From Chryseobacterium sp. (GTDB lineage: Bacteria > Bacteroidota > Bacteroidia > Flavobacteriales > Weeksellaceae), in the NCBI GenBank assembly GCA_017989575.1, contig JAGNPP010000001.1:1-32078 (forward strand): DNA of 32,078 bases, given 5' to 3'. Shown piece by piece: positions 9,763 to 19,000 of this stretch; position 1 is the stretch's first letter, and each line of letters begins with the position of its first letter. The notes beneath the pieces are model-generated. The model saw only the letters and a list, made by a program, of their open reading frames with translations. It was not told where the DNA came from and did no database searches. Position numbers and translations under genes: made by a program.

Positions 9763-10827
9763 ATGAAAAATATATTAAAATTAATCTTGGCTTCTCTTTT
9801 TGTTTCTGCAATTCTGATTGCTTGTGACAACGAGGCCGACAGAGATTGGAAAACCCAAGAAGCTAGCTTCAGACTTTTTGATGCTGGTTTGGGTGCAAAC
9901 GTTATTACAGACGAGAGTAAAGATAATCCTTTCACAATAATTTGGGAAGTTAAAGACGCAGGAGAATATTCAGTTGTTCTTTCTGCTACAGAAGATTTTG
10001 CAACCAAAATTGTTTTAGGAACTTCTTCTACAAACAGCTTAACAACAACACTTGGTGATCTAAATACAAAACTTTTGGATGCAGGATTTGCGGGAAATAC
10101 AGCTCATCCATTATATTTGAGAGTAGAAATGGGAACTGAAGTTTCAAATGTGGTAGCTACAACTATTACAACTTACCAAGCGGTTTATCCGGACTTCTAT
10201 TTAGTGGGTGGTGCGTCAGCTGCGGGTTGGGATGCTGTAACTTCTATCAATTTGTATAAGCACGATAATGTTTCAGAAATCTATACTTACTTGGAGCCAA
10301 ATGAATTCAGATTTTTGGGACAAGCAGATTGGAATCCATTGAACTATAGTATCGATGCTGCTGGTATCAAAGATAACTACAAGTATTTCAAAACGGTTTC
10401 TTCAAACATCGAAAAATCTTCTGGTGATGAGAATATGAAATTCACTGGAACTGCGGGAATGTACAAAATGGTAATCAATGTCGATGCGAAATCTTTGACA
10501 GTTACGCCTTCTTCTATTCCAGCTTGGGATGTTGCTAACCTTTACATTGTTGGAACTGTCAACAATTGGACTGCGGAAACAGCTCTTCCATTTAGTCCAC
10601 TTGGAAATGGTAAATTCGAATACATTGGTCAATTGGCGGATGCTTCAGAATTCAAATTCATTGGTCAGCTTTCTTGGGGAGATCTCGAATGGGGAAATAT
10701 TGCTGGCGCTGGAAATACAGGATACTTAGCACCAAAAGGTGGTAACATCAAGTACGACGGAGGGAACAATTTCTTCAGAATAATAGTTGATATCAAAACT
10801 GGAAAATATACAGTGACACAGCTGTAA
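9763..10827 (+). CDS. Second SusE/SusF-like surface starch-binding lipoprotein
   Basis: Lipobox LIAC-DNEADRD; two modules FYLVGGASAAGW...EFRF..W and LYIVGTVNNW...EFKF..W. Confidence 0.8.
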   Translation: MKNILKLILASLFVSAILIACDNEADRDWKTQEASFRLFDAGLGANVITDESKDNPFTIIWEVKDAGEYSVVLSATEDFATKIVLGTSSTNSLTTTLGDLNTKLLDAGFAGNTAHPLYLRVEMGTEVSNVVATTITTYQAVYPDFYLVGGASAAGWDAVTSINLYKHDNVSEIYTYLEPNEFRFLGQADWNPLNYSIDAAGIKDNYKYFKTVSSNIEKSSGDENMKFTGTAGMYKMVINVDAKSLTVTPSSIPAWDVANLYIVGTVNNWTAETALPFSPLGNGKFEYIGQLADASEFKFIGQLSWGDLEWGNIAGAGNTGYLAPKGGNIKYDGGNNFFRIIVDIKTGKYTVTQL

Positions 10828-10847
10828 TATTTAACATATTAATGTGT

Positions 10848-10878
10848 AAAAGTGTTGCCAATGTGCAACACTTTTTTT
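10848..10878 (+). terminator. Intrinsic terminator after the susCDEF-like block
   Basis: aaaagtgttgc-caatgt-gcaacactttt stem with T7 tail, 20 nt after the stop at 10827. Confidence 0.8.
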
Positions 10879-10920
10879 ATATTGTAATCATATATAAACC
10901 TTAGAAATAAATTTAGTCAA

Positions 10921-13077
10921 ATGAAAAAATTCACCATTGGAGCAGCTTTGCTTACTATGATGTTTAATGGAGTTTATGCCCAAAGTCTAAAATCTCCAGA
11001 CGGAAAATTTGAGATGAATTTCCAACTGAAAAACGGCGTTCCAGTTTATAATTTAAAGTATAACGGAAGTGTCGTAGTAGAAGATTCAAAATTAGGAATT
11101 AGACTGTTCAAAGATTCGTCTATCAAGTTCGCTTCCGAGATTGCAAAACCGGAAGATGCAAGTTTCGACCTCAATAATGGCTTCACAAAAACTGCCGAAA
11201 AAAGAGATTCCAAAAACGAAACTTGGCAACCAATTCTTGGCGAAAAGAAAGATTATATAAATAATTATAATGAGTTAGCATTAACATTAAATCAAACTTC
11301 TTCCGACAGGAATATTATCATCAAATTCCGATTGTTCAATGACGGTTTAGGCTTCAGATATGAATTTCCTCAACAGAAAAACCTTAACTATTTCGTAATC
11401 AGAGAAGAAGATTCCGAAATCGATTTTCCAACGGATATGAAAGCTTGGTGGATTGTTGCGGATTACGATTCTCAGGAATATCAATACCAAACCACAAAAA
11501 TCTCCGAGATTCCAACGCAATGGCCAAAAGCTTATGACTCAAATGCGTCTCAAACTTTGATCAAAAATGCAGTTCAGTCACCTTTGATGTTGAAAAAGGA
11601 AGGCAAAGAACCGCTTTACGTAAACGTTGGTGAAGCTGCAGTTCTGGATTATCCGGCTTCTCATTTGGAAGTAGATGCTCAGAATTTCAAATTCAAAACG
11701 CATTTGACGGCTGACAGACAAGGCGCAAAAGCTTACGTTCAAACACCATCTACTACGCCTTGGAGAACCATCATCGTTTCGCCAAAAGCTGAGGTGGTAA
11801 TGGATTCCAAAATGATGTTCAATCTGAACGAGCCTACAAAATACAAAGACACTTCTTACATCAAACCAACCAAATATATGGGCGTTTGGTGGGAAATGAT
11901 CATCGGAAAATCCCAATGGGCATATTCCACAGCAGAAAATGTCCACATCGATAAAACCGATTTCTCAAAACTGACACCCAACGGAAAACACGCGGCAAAC
12001 AATACAAAAGTTAAGGAATACATCGACTTCGCTTCTGCAAACGGTTTCCAAGGCTTGTTGATAGAAGGCTGGAACACAGGCTGGGAAGATTGGTTTGGAC
12101 ATTCCAAAGAGTTCGTTTTCGATTTCATCACGCCTTATCCGGATTTCGATATCAAAATGTTGAATGACTACGCACATTCCAAAAACGTAGATTTGATAAT
12201 GCACCACGAGACTTCTGGCTCTGCAACAAACTACGAAAGATGGGCAGACAAGGCTTTCCAATTGATGAACAAATACGGTTACAAATCTGTGAAAACAGGC
12301 TATGTGGGCGACATCATTCCAAGAGGCGAGCACCATTATTCGCAATGGACCAACAACCATTATTACAGAATTGCTGAGAAAGCAAACGAGTACAAAATTA
12401 TGGTCAACTCTCACGAATCTGTACGTCCGGGCGGAGAAAGCAGAACTTATCCAAACTGGATTTCTGCAGAAGCAGCGCGTGGAACGGAATATGATGCCTT
12501 CGGAGGAAACAATCCAGATCACCACGTTATTTTGCCATTTACGAGATGGATGGGCGGATCAATGGATTACACGCCGGGTATTTTCCAAACCAAGTTAGAT
12601 TACTACTTCCCAGGCGACAAACGTTTCGTGAAAACCACGTTGGCAAAGCAGTTGGCACTTTACGTGACGATGTATATGCCTTTGCAGATGGCGGCAGATT
12701 TGCCAGAAAATTATGCAAAACATATGGACGCTTTCCAGTTCATCAAAGATGTGGCCGCAGATTGGGATGATACCAAAATATTGTCTGCAGAACCAGGCGA
12801 ATATGTTCACACAGCAAGAAAAGCAAAAGGAACAGACAACTGGTTTGTAGGAGGCATCACAGATGAAAATGCCAGAGATTACACCGTAGATTTCTCGTTC
12901 CTAGACAAAGGCAGAAAGTACGAAGCAACAGTTTACGAAGACGGAAAAGATGCCGATTACATCACCAATCCGCAGAGTTACAAAATCTACAAAAAAACAG
13001 TGGACAGCAAAACAAAATTGCCAATCCATTTGGTAAGAAGCGGTGGTTACGCCATTTCCCTGAAACCCGTAAAATAA
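10921..13077 (+). CDS. susB: Glycoside hydrolase family 97 alpha-glucosidase/glucoamylase (SusB-like)
   Basis: 718 aa, signal peptide VYA|Q, LKSPDG, TPWRTI, LIEGWN, MHHET, KTGYVG, NSHE, EAARGTE, MDYTPGIF, QMAADLPENY. Confidence 0.92.
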   Translation: MKKFTIGAALLTMMFNGVYAQSLKSPDGKFEMNFQLKNGVPVYNLKYNGSVVVEDSKLGIRLFKDSSIKFASEIAKPEDASFDLNNGFTKTAEKRDSKNETWQPILGEKKDYINNYNELALTLNQTSSDRNIIIKFRLFNDGLGFRYEFPQQKNLNYFVIREEDSEIDFPTDMKAWWIVADYDSQEYQYQTTKISEIPTQWPKAYDSNASQTLIKNAVQSPLMLKKEGKEPLYVNVGEAAVLDYPASHLEVDAQNFKFKTHLTADRQGAKAYVQTPSTTPWRTIIVSPKAEVVMDSKMMFNLNEPTKYKDTSYIKPTKYMGVWWEMIIGKSQWAYSTAENVHIDKTDFSKLTPNGKHAANNTKVKEYIDFASANGFQGLLIEGWNTGWEDWFGHSKEFVFDFITPYPDFDIKMLNDYAHSKNVDLIMHHETSGSATNYERWADKAFQLMNKYGYKSVKTGYVGDIIPRGEHHYSQWTNNHYYRIAEKANEYKIMVNSHESVRPGGESRTYPNWISAEAARGTEYDAFGGNNPDHHVILPFTRWMGGSMDYTPGIFQTKLDYYFPGDKRFVKTTLAKQLALYVTMYMPLQMAADLPENYAKHMDAFQFIKDVAADWDDTKILSAEPGEYVHTARKAKGTDNWFVGGITDENARDYTVDFSFLDKGRKYEATVYEDGKDADYITNPQSYKIYKKTVDSKTKLPIHLVRSGGYAISLKPVK

Positions 13078-13082
13078 ATATT

Positions 13083-13123
13083 CCCTCTCAACTCCCTCTC
13101 CATTGGAGAGGACTGGGGTGAGG
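13083..13123 (+). repeat. GC-rich hairpin repeat (cctctcc-att-ggagagg...ggggtgagg)
   Basis: 7-bp perfect stem at 13095-13111, GC-rich against an AT-rich background, right after the GH97 stop. Confidence 0.5.
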
Positions 13124-13124
13124 A

Positions 13125-13215
13125 GGAGCTATTTCCCGCTTTCCGCTATTACTCCTCGCGCCAAAGCTTTTCCCAAGGCTTGCTGTGGGGTAACCGCTAC
13201 AATCGGGGCTATGGG
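13125..13215 (+). repeat. Family A structured repeat, copy 1 (possible Flavo-1-like RNA motif)
   Basis: ggagctatttcccgctttccgcta...[ttactcc/ggggtaa stem]...ccgctacaatcggggctatggg; ends shared with the copies at 26120 and 31537. Confidence 0.75.
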
Positions 13216-13233
13216 TTTCCAAAACCAATTAAC

Positions 13234-13265
13234 ACTTTGTCAAAGTTTCAAATCTTTGACAAAGT
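13234..13265. repeat. 12-bp perfect hairpin (REP-like or terminator)
   Basis: actttgtcaaag-tttcaaat-ctttgacaaagt followed by a T run. Confidence 0.65.
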
Positions 13266-13277
13266 TTTTATTAATAA

Positions 13278-13347
13278 GCAACGAAGTTGCGATATGTTGG
13301 TAGAAAAAAAATACATACATCCAAAGCTCCTAAGGTGCGAAATGTTG
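13278..13347 (+). repeat. Two tandem mini-hairpin units, 48-nt period
   Basis: gcaac-gaa-gttgc gatatgttggtag (13278-13303) and gctcc-taa-ggtgc gaaatgttg (13326-13347). Confidence 0.5.
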
Positions 13348-13417
13348 TTTAAAGCTTTGCCAAACTTTTTTCCATTATTCAACAATAAATTGTTCACAGA
13401 ATACTGATTAAAAACAA

Positions 13418-13445
13418 TCAACCATCAACTGTCAACCATCAACCA
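13418..13445 (+). repeat. 7-nt tandem repeat (tcaacYR) x4
   Basis: tcaacca tcaactg tcaacca tcaacca, ending 3 nt before ATG 13449. Confidence 0.7.
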
Positions 13446-13448
13446 AAA

Positions 13449-14447
13449 ATGAACTGGATTTCCAAAATTTTCAACAAACAAAATACCTTTCTTTTACTTC
13501 TGATAGGAATGGTCGTGTTGGCGAAACTTATTCCGTTCCACGAATCTTATAATCAATATTTTAATCTGGCCGGATTCATAGATTGGGGAATTGCAGGGAT
13601 TTTTCTCTTGTATGGACTCAAACTAAATCTAAAAGAAGTCGTAAAAGATATTTCCAATTGGAAACTGCATTTGCTGATTCAGTCGGGAACTTTCATTATT
13701 TTTCCGCTGTTGGCGTTGATGTTTTATCCGTTTTTGAAAGATACGCCTTACTACAATATTTGGCTTTCCGTTTTCTTTTTGGCAAGTTTGCCTTCTACGG
13801 TTTCATCGTCCGTCGTAATGGTTTCCATCGCAAAAGGAAATGTCACGTCAGCGATTTTCAATGCTTCGATTTCAGGAATTATCGGAATTGTAATGACACC
13901 ACTTTTGATGAGTTTTTTCCTAATCAAAAATGGAGAATCGGGCGACCAAGGCGAGATCATTCAACAATTATTGCTCAAAGTTTTGTTACCGATTATTTTA
14001 GGCGTTTTGCTCAATCCAATCTTCAAAAAGTGGGTAACGAAATATGCGAATGTCATTTCAGAATTTGACAGATTAATAATTTTATTAATCGTTTACGAGA
14101 GTTTCTCGCACGCTTTTGTGGAAAATATCTTCATTGCGGTACCTTCATTTGTATTCTTGGCGTTAGCGTTTAGCGTTGTCTTTTTGTTTTTCGCTACTTA
14201 TTACATTCTGAAATTCATCGCAGAAAAACTTAACTTCAAACGGAAAGATGTCATCACAACAACATTCTGTGGTTCCAAAAAATCGCTAGTTCACGGGAGT
14301 TTGTTTCTCTTGGTTTTAGGAATTCCAGACGACCAAAAAGTGTTATTTTTATTACCAGTAATGATCTACCACAGTTTCCAATTATTCTATGTAAGTTGGC
14401 TCGCAAATAAAATCGCCAAAAGAAACGAAATTAATGTAACAATTTAA
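13449..14447 (+). CDS. Bile acid:sodium symporter family (SBF-like/YfeH-like) membrane transporter
   Basis: 332 aa, about 9-10 hydrophobic segments; LPSTVSSSVVMVSIAKGN, AIFNASIS, TP, FCGSKKSL, LPVMIYHSFQL motifs. Confidence 0.88.
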   Translation: MNWISKIFNKQNTFLLLLIGMVVLAKLIPFHESYNQYFNLAGFIDWGIAGIFLLYGLKLNLKEVVKDISNWKLHLLIQSGTFIIFPLLALMFYPFLKDTPYYNIWLSVFFLASLPSTVSSSVVMVSIAKGNVTSAIFNASISGIIGIVMTPLLMSFFLIKNGESGDQGEIIQQLLLKVLLPIILGVLLNPIFKKWVTKYANVISEFDRLIILLIVYESFSHAFVENIFIAVPSFVFLALAFSVVFLFFATYYILKFIAEKLNFKRKDVITTTFCGSKKSLVHGSLFLLVLGIPDDQKVLFLLPVMIYHSFQLFYVSWLANKIAKRNEINVTI

Positions 14448-14534
14448 CAATTCATCAGTTTAACGATTGAACAATCAACATAAATCTTAATTTTAAATAG
14501 ACCTTAAAAAATATTCACTTAAAAAATTGACATT

Positions 14535-16382
14535 ATGAAAAAGATAATAACAATTTCTGCTCTCGTTTTTTCTTCCATTTTCTACTCTCAGGTTCAGAAA
14601 GTAGAACCGGCATTTTGGTGGAGCGGAATGAAAAATCCTGAACTTCAATTATTAGTTTACGGAAAAGATATTCAAAATCTTCAACCAGAATTCTCAACCG
14701 GAATCAAAATCAAAGAAGTCAAAAAAGTAGAAAATCCAAACTACCTTTTTGTAACCATTGATACAAACGGCGTTCAACCTGGAAAAACAAAATTGAACTT
14801 CAAAAACGGAAACAAAACCGTTAAAACCATCGATTACGAATTCAAGCAAAGACAACAAAACTCGGCAAACAGAGATTCTTACACGTCTTCCGATGTGATG
14901 TATCTCATTATGCCAGACCGTTTTGCCAATGGAAATCCGAAAAATGATAACACGCCAGACACTGCGGAAAAAGCAGACAGAAGCAAAACCGGCGGTCGCC
15001 ACGGTGGAGATATTGCAGGAATCGTAAAAAATCTGGATTATCTGCAAGAATTAGGAATTACAACGATTTGGAACACGCCTTTGCTGGAAGACAACGAGCC
15101 AAGTTTTTCTTATCACGGTTACGCCCAAAGCGATTATTACAAAATCGATCCACGATACGGAACTAACGAGGATTACAAAAATTTGGCAGACGAACTTCAC
15201 AAAAGAAAAATGAAACTTGTGATGGATTACGTCACAAACCATTGGGGTTCAAAAAGTTGGATTATCAAAGATTTGCCTGCAAAAGATTGGATTCACCATT
15301 GGGCTGGCGGAAAAGATGGTTTCCAAAGAAGTAATTATAGAATGACGACTCAATTTGATACCAACGCCTCAAAAGTAGATGAAGCAGCGTGTATGGACGG
15401 TTGGTTTGATACCACAATGCCAGATATGAATCAATCTAATCCTATGGTGGTGAACTATATGGCTCAAAATGCGATTTGGTGGATAGAATATGCTGGCTTA
15501 GACGGTTTCCGTGTGGATACTTATTCTTACAACGATAAAAAAGGAATCGCCGATTGGACAAAAAAAATCACGGACGAATATCCAAAATTCAACATCGTAG
15601 GGGAAGTATGGATGCACGATCAGGCGCAAATGTCTTATTGGCAAAAGGATTCCAAGATTGCAGCGATTGAAGGCTACAATTCTTATTTGCCTTCTGTTAT
15701 GGATTTTACGATGCACGATGCTCTTGGTCAGGTTTTCCGAGAAGATGCGGGTTGGGATTCTGGGATGCAGCGAGTGTATGACAATCTTGCGAATGATTTC
15801 CTTTATCCGGATATTAATAATCTTTTGGTTTTTGCTGAGAATCACGATACGAACAGATTCAATCAAATTTTCCCAAAAGTTGAGGACTACAAATTAGCAA
15901 TGAGTTTGATTTTGACCGTTCGTGGAATTCCACAATTGTACTACGGTTCCGAAATCGGAATGGCTGGCGATAAAAACAATGGTGGCGATGGCGAAATTCG
16001 TAAAGACTTTCCTGGCGGTTGGGCTGGTGATGCAAACAATGCTTTCACAAAATCAGGCAGAACAGCTTCTCAAAACGAATACTTCGATTACACCAAAAAA
16101 ATCCTGAATTGGAGAAAAGGAAATGAGGCGATCCATTCTGGGAAAACTTTACATTACATCCCGAATGACAATGTGTATGTTTATTTCCGATATACAGATA
16201 GCAAACGCGTAATGGTTGTCATTAATAATAACAAAAACAATCAAAACCTAGATTTGAAGCGTTTTTCTGAAGGTATCAAAAATTTCACAAAAGGAAAAGA
16301 TATTCTATCTGACAAAGATTTCGATTTGAAAACAAATTTGTCTGTCGCTGGAAAATCTTCATTAATTTTAGAGCTTAAATAA
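14535..16382 (+). CDS. susA: Glycoside hydrolase family 13 neopullulanase/cyclomaltodextrinase (SusA-like)
   Basis: Signal peptide FYS|Q, N-domain VEPAFWWSGMKNPELQLLVYG, YLIMPDRFANG, YHGY, and GH13 regions DYVTNH, GFRVDT, GEVW, ENHD, RGIPQLYYG. Confidence 0.9.
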   Translation: MKKIITISALVFSSIFYSQVQKVEPAFWWSGMKNPELQLLVYGKDIQNLQPEFSTGIKIKEVKKVENPNYLFVTIDTNGVQPGKTKLNFKNGNKTVKTIDYEFKQRQQNSANRDSYTSSDVMYLIMPDRFANGNPKNDNTPDTAEKADRSKTGGRHGGDIAGIVKNLDYLQELGITTIWNTPLLEDNEPSFSYHGYAQSDYYKIDPRYGTNEDYKNLADELHKRKMKLVMDYVTNHWGSKSWIIKDLPAKDWIHHWAGGKDGFQRSNYRMTTQFDTNASKVDEAACMDGWFDTTMPDMNQSNPMVVNYMAQNAIWWIEYAGLDGFRVDTYSYNDKKGIADWTKKITDEYPKFNIVGEVWMHDQAQMSYWQKDSKIAAIEGYNSYLPSVMDFTMHDALGQVFREDAGWDSGMQRVYDNLANDFLYPDINNLLVFAENHDTNRFNQIFPKVEDYKLAMSLILTVRGIPQLYYGSEIGMAGDKNNGGDGEIRKDFPGGWAGDANNAFTKSGRTASQNEYFDYTKKILNWRKGNEAIHSGKTLHYIPNDNVYVYFRYTDSKRVMVVINNNKNNQNLDLKRFSEGIKNFTKGKDILSDKDFDLKTNLSVAGKSSLILELK

Positions 16383-16389
16383 AATTAAA

Positions 16390-16914
16390 ATGAAAAAAAT
16401 AGTTTCACTTTTCATCCTGACGTTTTTAATATTTTCAGGTTCACTTTCTGCCCAGAAAAAAGGCTTCTACGAGAATGTTCAGAAGAAGAATGTCAACAAA
16501 TTGCTGGATGATTTCAACACATTTGCAGGCAATGCAGATTTCGATAAATATTTCGATTGTTTTGCGGAAGAATCCACTTTCATTGGAACAGACGCAACTG
16601 AAGTCTGGAACAAAAAGGAATTCAAAGATTGGGCAAAACCATTTTTCGACAAGAAAACAACGTGGAATTTCAAATCGTTGAAACGAAATATCTATTTCAG
16701 CAAAGACGGAAATTACGCTTGGTTTGATGAAATCCTTGATACCCAAATGAAAATCTGCAGAGGTTCCGGCGTTGTCGAAAAAGTTGGAGGAAAATGGAAA
16801 GTGAAACAATACGTTCTTTCGGTAACAGTTCCAAATGAAGTGGTGGACGAAGTGACCAAAATCAAAGCACCAATTGAAGATGCTTTAATTCAAAAATTAA
16901 AAATCACAAAATGA
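16390..16914 (+). CDS. Secreted SnoaL-like/NTF2-fold protein
   Basis: Signal peptide LSA|Q; FDKYF...FIGTDATEVW...AWFDEILDT...CRGSGV...WKVKQYVLS pattern typical of SnoaL-like domains. Confidence 0.75.
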   Translation: MKKIVSLFILTFLIFSGSLSAQKKGFYENVQKKNVNKLLDDFNTFAGNADFDKYFDCFAEESTFIGTDATEVWNKKEFKDWAKPFFDKKTTWNFKSLKRNIYFSKDGNYAWFDEILDTQMKICRGSGVVEKVGGKWKVKQYVLSVTVPNEVVDEVTKIKAPIEDALIQKLKITK

Positions 16915-18320
16915 TATCAAAACAAAGTAATACGATATTTACAAAACGTATAAAACCAAATCTTTCCATCGCTCAGATTATCAATATGAGTATGGGATTT
17001 TTGGGCATCCAGATGGCTTTTGGATTACAGAACGGAAACGCGAGCCGTATTCTCGCAAACCTTGGTGCTGATGTCCACGAACTGTCGTGGTTTTGGTTGG
17101 TAGCGCCTGTTACAGGATTGATTGTTCAGCCAATCATCGGTCATATGGGCGACAACACCTGGAGTCCGCTTGGCCGTAGAAAACCGTACTTTTTGATTGG
17201 TGCCATTCTCTGTGCGATTGGATTGGTTCTCCTTCCAAATGCCGCTTCGGTAACGCATATGATTGCGGCCAATGTTTTGTTGCTTGCCGTTATTTTCCTG
17301 GCGATGATGGACTTTTCTGTCAACATTGCAATGGAACCTTTCCGAGCTTTGGTCGGTGATATGTTACCGAAACATCAGGGAACTTTAGGGTTTTCTATCC
17401 AAACTATTTTGATTGGTATCGGAGCTGTTATCGGTTCAGAAATGCCAAACTGGCTGACGAAATTAGGTGTTTCTAATGTTGCACCGGAAGGCTACGTGGC
17501 AGATAATGTGATTTACGCTTTCTACGTTGGAGCAACAGTTCTGATTATTTCGATTCTTTATACGATTTTCACAACCAAAGAATATTCACCACAGGAATTT
17601 GCAGAATTCGAAGGTGGAAAAGATGTTGTCGAAGAACATTCCAAATTCTCTGATATGTTCAAGGATTTTGCGAACATTCCAAACCTGATGAAGAAATTGG
17701 GAATAGTACAGTTCTTCTCTTGGTTCGCACTTTTTACAATGTGGGTTTTCACCACCAGTGCTTTGGCGACGCATCATTTCGGACTGTCTCCGGAAGATAC
17801 CAAGTCTGTTGAATTCAACAAAGCCGGCGATTTGACAGGACATTTGTTCGGACTTTATAATCTCTTCGCAATTCCATTTGCATTTTTGTTAACGCCGATT
17901 GCTAAAGCGATTGGAAAAAAACAAACCCACGCTTTGGCTTTGGCGAGTGGTGGTTTGGGATTGATTTCTATGTATTTTATTAAAGATACTTCGATGCTTT
18001 GGATATCGATGGTAGGATTGGGATTTGCTTGGGCAAGTATTCTGGCAATGCCTTATGCAATGTTGATTGATGCAATTCCACAAAGAAAAATGGGCGTTTA
18101 TATGGGGATTTTCAATTTCTTCATTGTCGTTCCGCAAATCATCAACGGTGTTTTCGGAGGACCAATCGTTTCAAAAATTTTTGGAAATATGGCGATTGAT
18201 TACGTAGTCGTAGGTGGTGCTTGTATGTTGTTAGGCGCTTTGATTACTTTGATTTTCATCAAATCTCAGGAAGAAACACCTAAAGAAATTGAAGAAGAAA
18301 TCCAACAGGTTCATTTTTAA
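16911..18320 (+). CDS. MFS/SLC45-like sugar (maltose) permease
   Basis: About 12 TM segments; GFLGIQMAFGLQ, GLIVQPIIG, GRRKPY, MEPFRALVGD, VQFFSWFALF, WASILAMPYA, GVYMGIFNFFIVVPQ; ATGA overlap with the upstream gene. Confidence 0.9.
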   Translation: MISKQSNTIFTKRIKPNLSIAQIINMSMGFLGIQMAFGLQNGNASRILANLGADVHELSWFWLVAPVTGLIVQPIIGHMGDNTWSPLGRRKPYFLIGAILCAIGLVLLPNAASVTHMIAANVLLLAVIFLAMMDFSVNIAMEPFRALVGDMLPKHQGTLGFSIQTILIGIGAVIGSEMPNWLTKLGVSNVAPEGYVADNVIYAFYVGATVLIISILYTIFTTKEYSPQEFAEFEGGKDVVEEHSKFSDMFKDFANIPNLMKKLGIVQFFSWFALFTMWVFTTSALATHHFGLSPEDTKSVEFNKAGDLTGHLFGLYNLFAIPFAFLLTPIAKAIGKKQTHALALASGGLGLISMYFIKDTSMLWISMVGLGFAWASILAMPYAMLIDAIPQRKMGVYMGIFNFFIVVPQIINGVFGGPIVSKIFGNMAIDYVVVGGACMLLGALITLIFIKSQEETPKEIEEEIQQVHF

Positions 18321-18345
18321 TTTCAACCAATTAATTTCTAAATAT

Positions 18346-18370
18346 AAAATCCACCGCTCGGTGGATTTTT
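18346..18370 (+). terminator. Intrinsic terminator at the end of the starch locus
   Basis: aaaatccacc-gctc-ggtggatttt followed by further Ts. Confidence 0.85.
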
Positions 18371-18381
18371 CGTTTTTACAG

Positions 18382-18429
18382 AGAATCCGAAGGATTCAAT
18401 ATCAGTAGCCGTAGGTGAAACCTATGGAA
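18382..18429 (+). repeat. Family B double-hairpin repeat, copy 1
   Basis: agaatccgaaggattcaatatcagtagccgtaggtgaaacctatggaa; identical over 48 nt to 21885-21932. Confidence 0.9.
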
Positions 18430-18474
18430 CAAGATTAAATCTATGGCATAAAACAAAAATATTCTACAACTTTT

Positions 18475-18690
18475 CACATTCTTACAGATTAGTTCTCACT
18501 TTCTACAGTTTTGTTTTACATTATGTCGATGTTGTTTTATATTGTTACGATGTTATTGTATATTCTCACAATTTAGTTTTTACTTTCTGCAGTTTTGTCT
18601 TATATTCTTACATATTAGTTTTCACTTTCAGCAGGTTACTTTTACATTCTCACGATATTGTTTTATATTCTAGCACTGTATATCTATATT
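18475..18690. repeat. Degenerate tandem array, 10 units of exactly 21 bp
   Basis: Units start at 18475, 18496, 18517 ... 18664 with no indels; two unit types, tayattctyac... and tcactttcwrcag... Confidence 0.8.
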
Positions 18691-18916
18691 TTTTCAATCC
18701 TAATATCCATCAATTTGAATATTAATTCGAAAAACCGATAACCAAACTCAAATTTTAGACATCGTAATTTCTAAAGCTTTCACAAATTGAAAATCAATAC
18801 TTTATCTCTAATTTTTGTTTTGATGAATATCGTATAAAAATCAATATTGTGTGGGTTTTCGATACTTTTAAAAAGAATTTTTTGTGAAAATACCAACGTT
18901 TATTGGAATTAGTTTA

Positions 18917-18924
18917 TATATTTG
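18917..18924 (+). promoter_or_regulatory. Bacteroidota -7 promoter element of the ilv leader
   Basis: TATATTTG matches TAnnTTTG, 19 nt before the leader ATG. Confidence 0.7.
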
Positions 18925-18943
18925 TACCGTTGAAAACAAACAG

Positions 18944-19000
18944 ATGAATAGCACAATCATTATTCTTGTCATTCTTGTCATTATCGGATTCCGGTGGTGA
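18944..19000 (+). CDS. ilv leader peptide MNSTIIILVILVIIGFRW (18 aa)
   Basis: Ten consecutive Ile/Leu/Val codons (6 Ile, 2 Leu, 2 Val) upstream of ilvE, overlapping alternative hairpins. Confidence 0.9.
   Translation: MNSTIIILVILVIIGFRW

Noticed and set aside
13125-13215. Family A as an HDV-like ribozyme
   Set aside because: No segment complementary to the 5' ggagcta follows a P3/L3 element, so the nested double pseudoknot cannot be drawn; the 5' end pairs with the far 3' end instead.
13103-13407. Track ORFs of 66 and 75 aa between GH97 and the symporter
   Set aside because: They run through stacked palindromic repeats, start at TTG and show no protein motifs.
18452-18673. Plus-strand open frame across the 21-bp array as a small membrane protein
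   Set aside because: No ATG after the TAA at 18449-18451, it lies downstream of a terminator, and the open frame is explained as the antisense of K/E/T-rich repeat codons.
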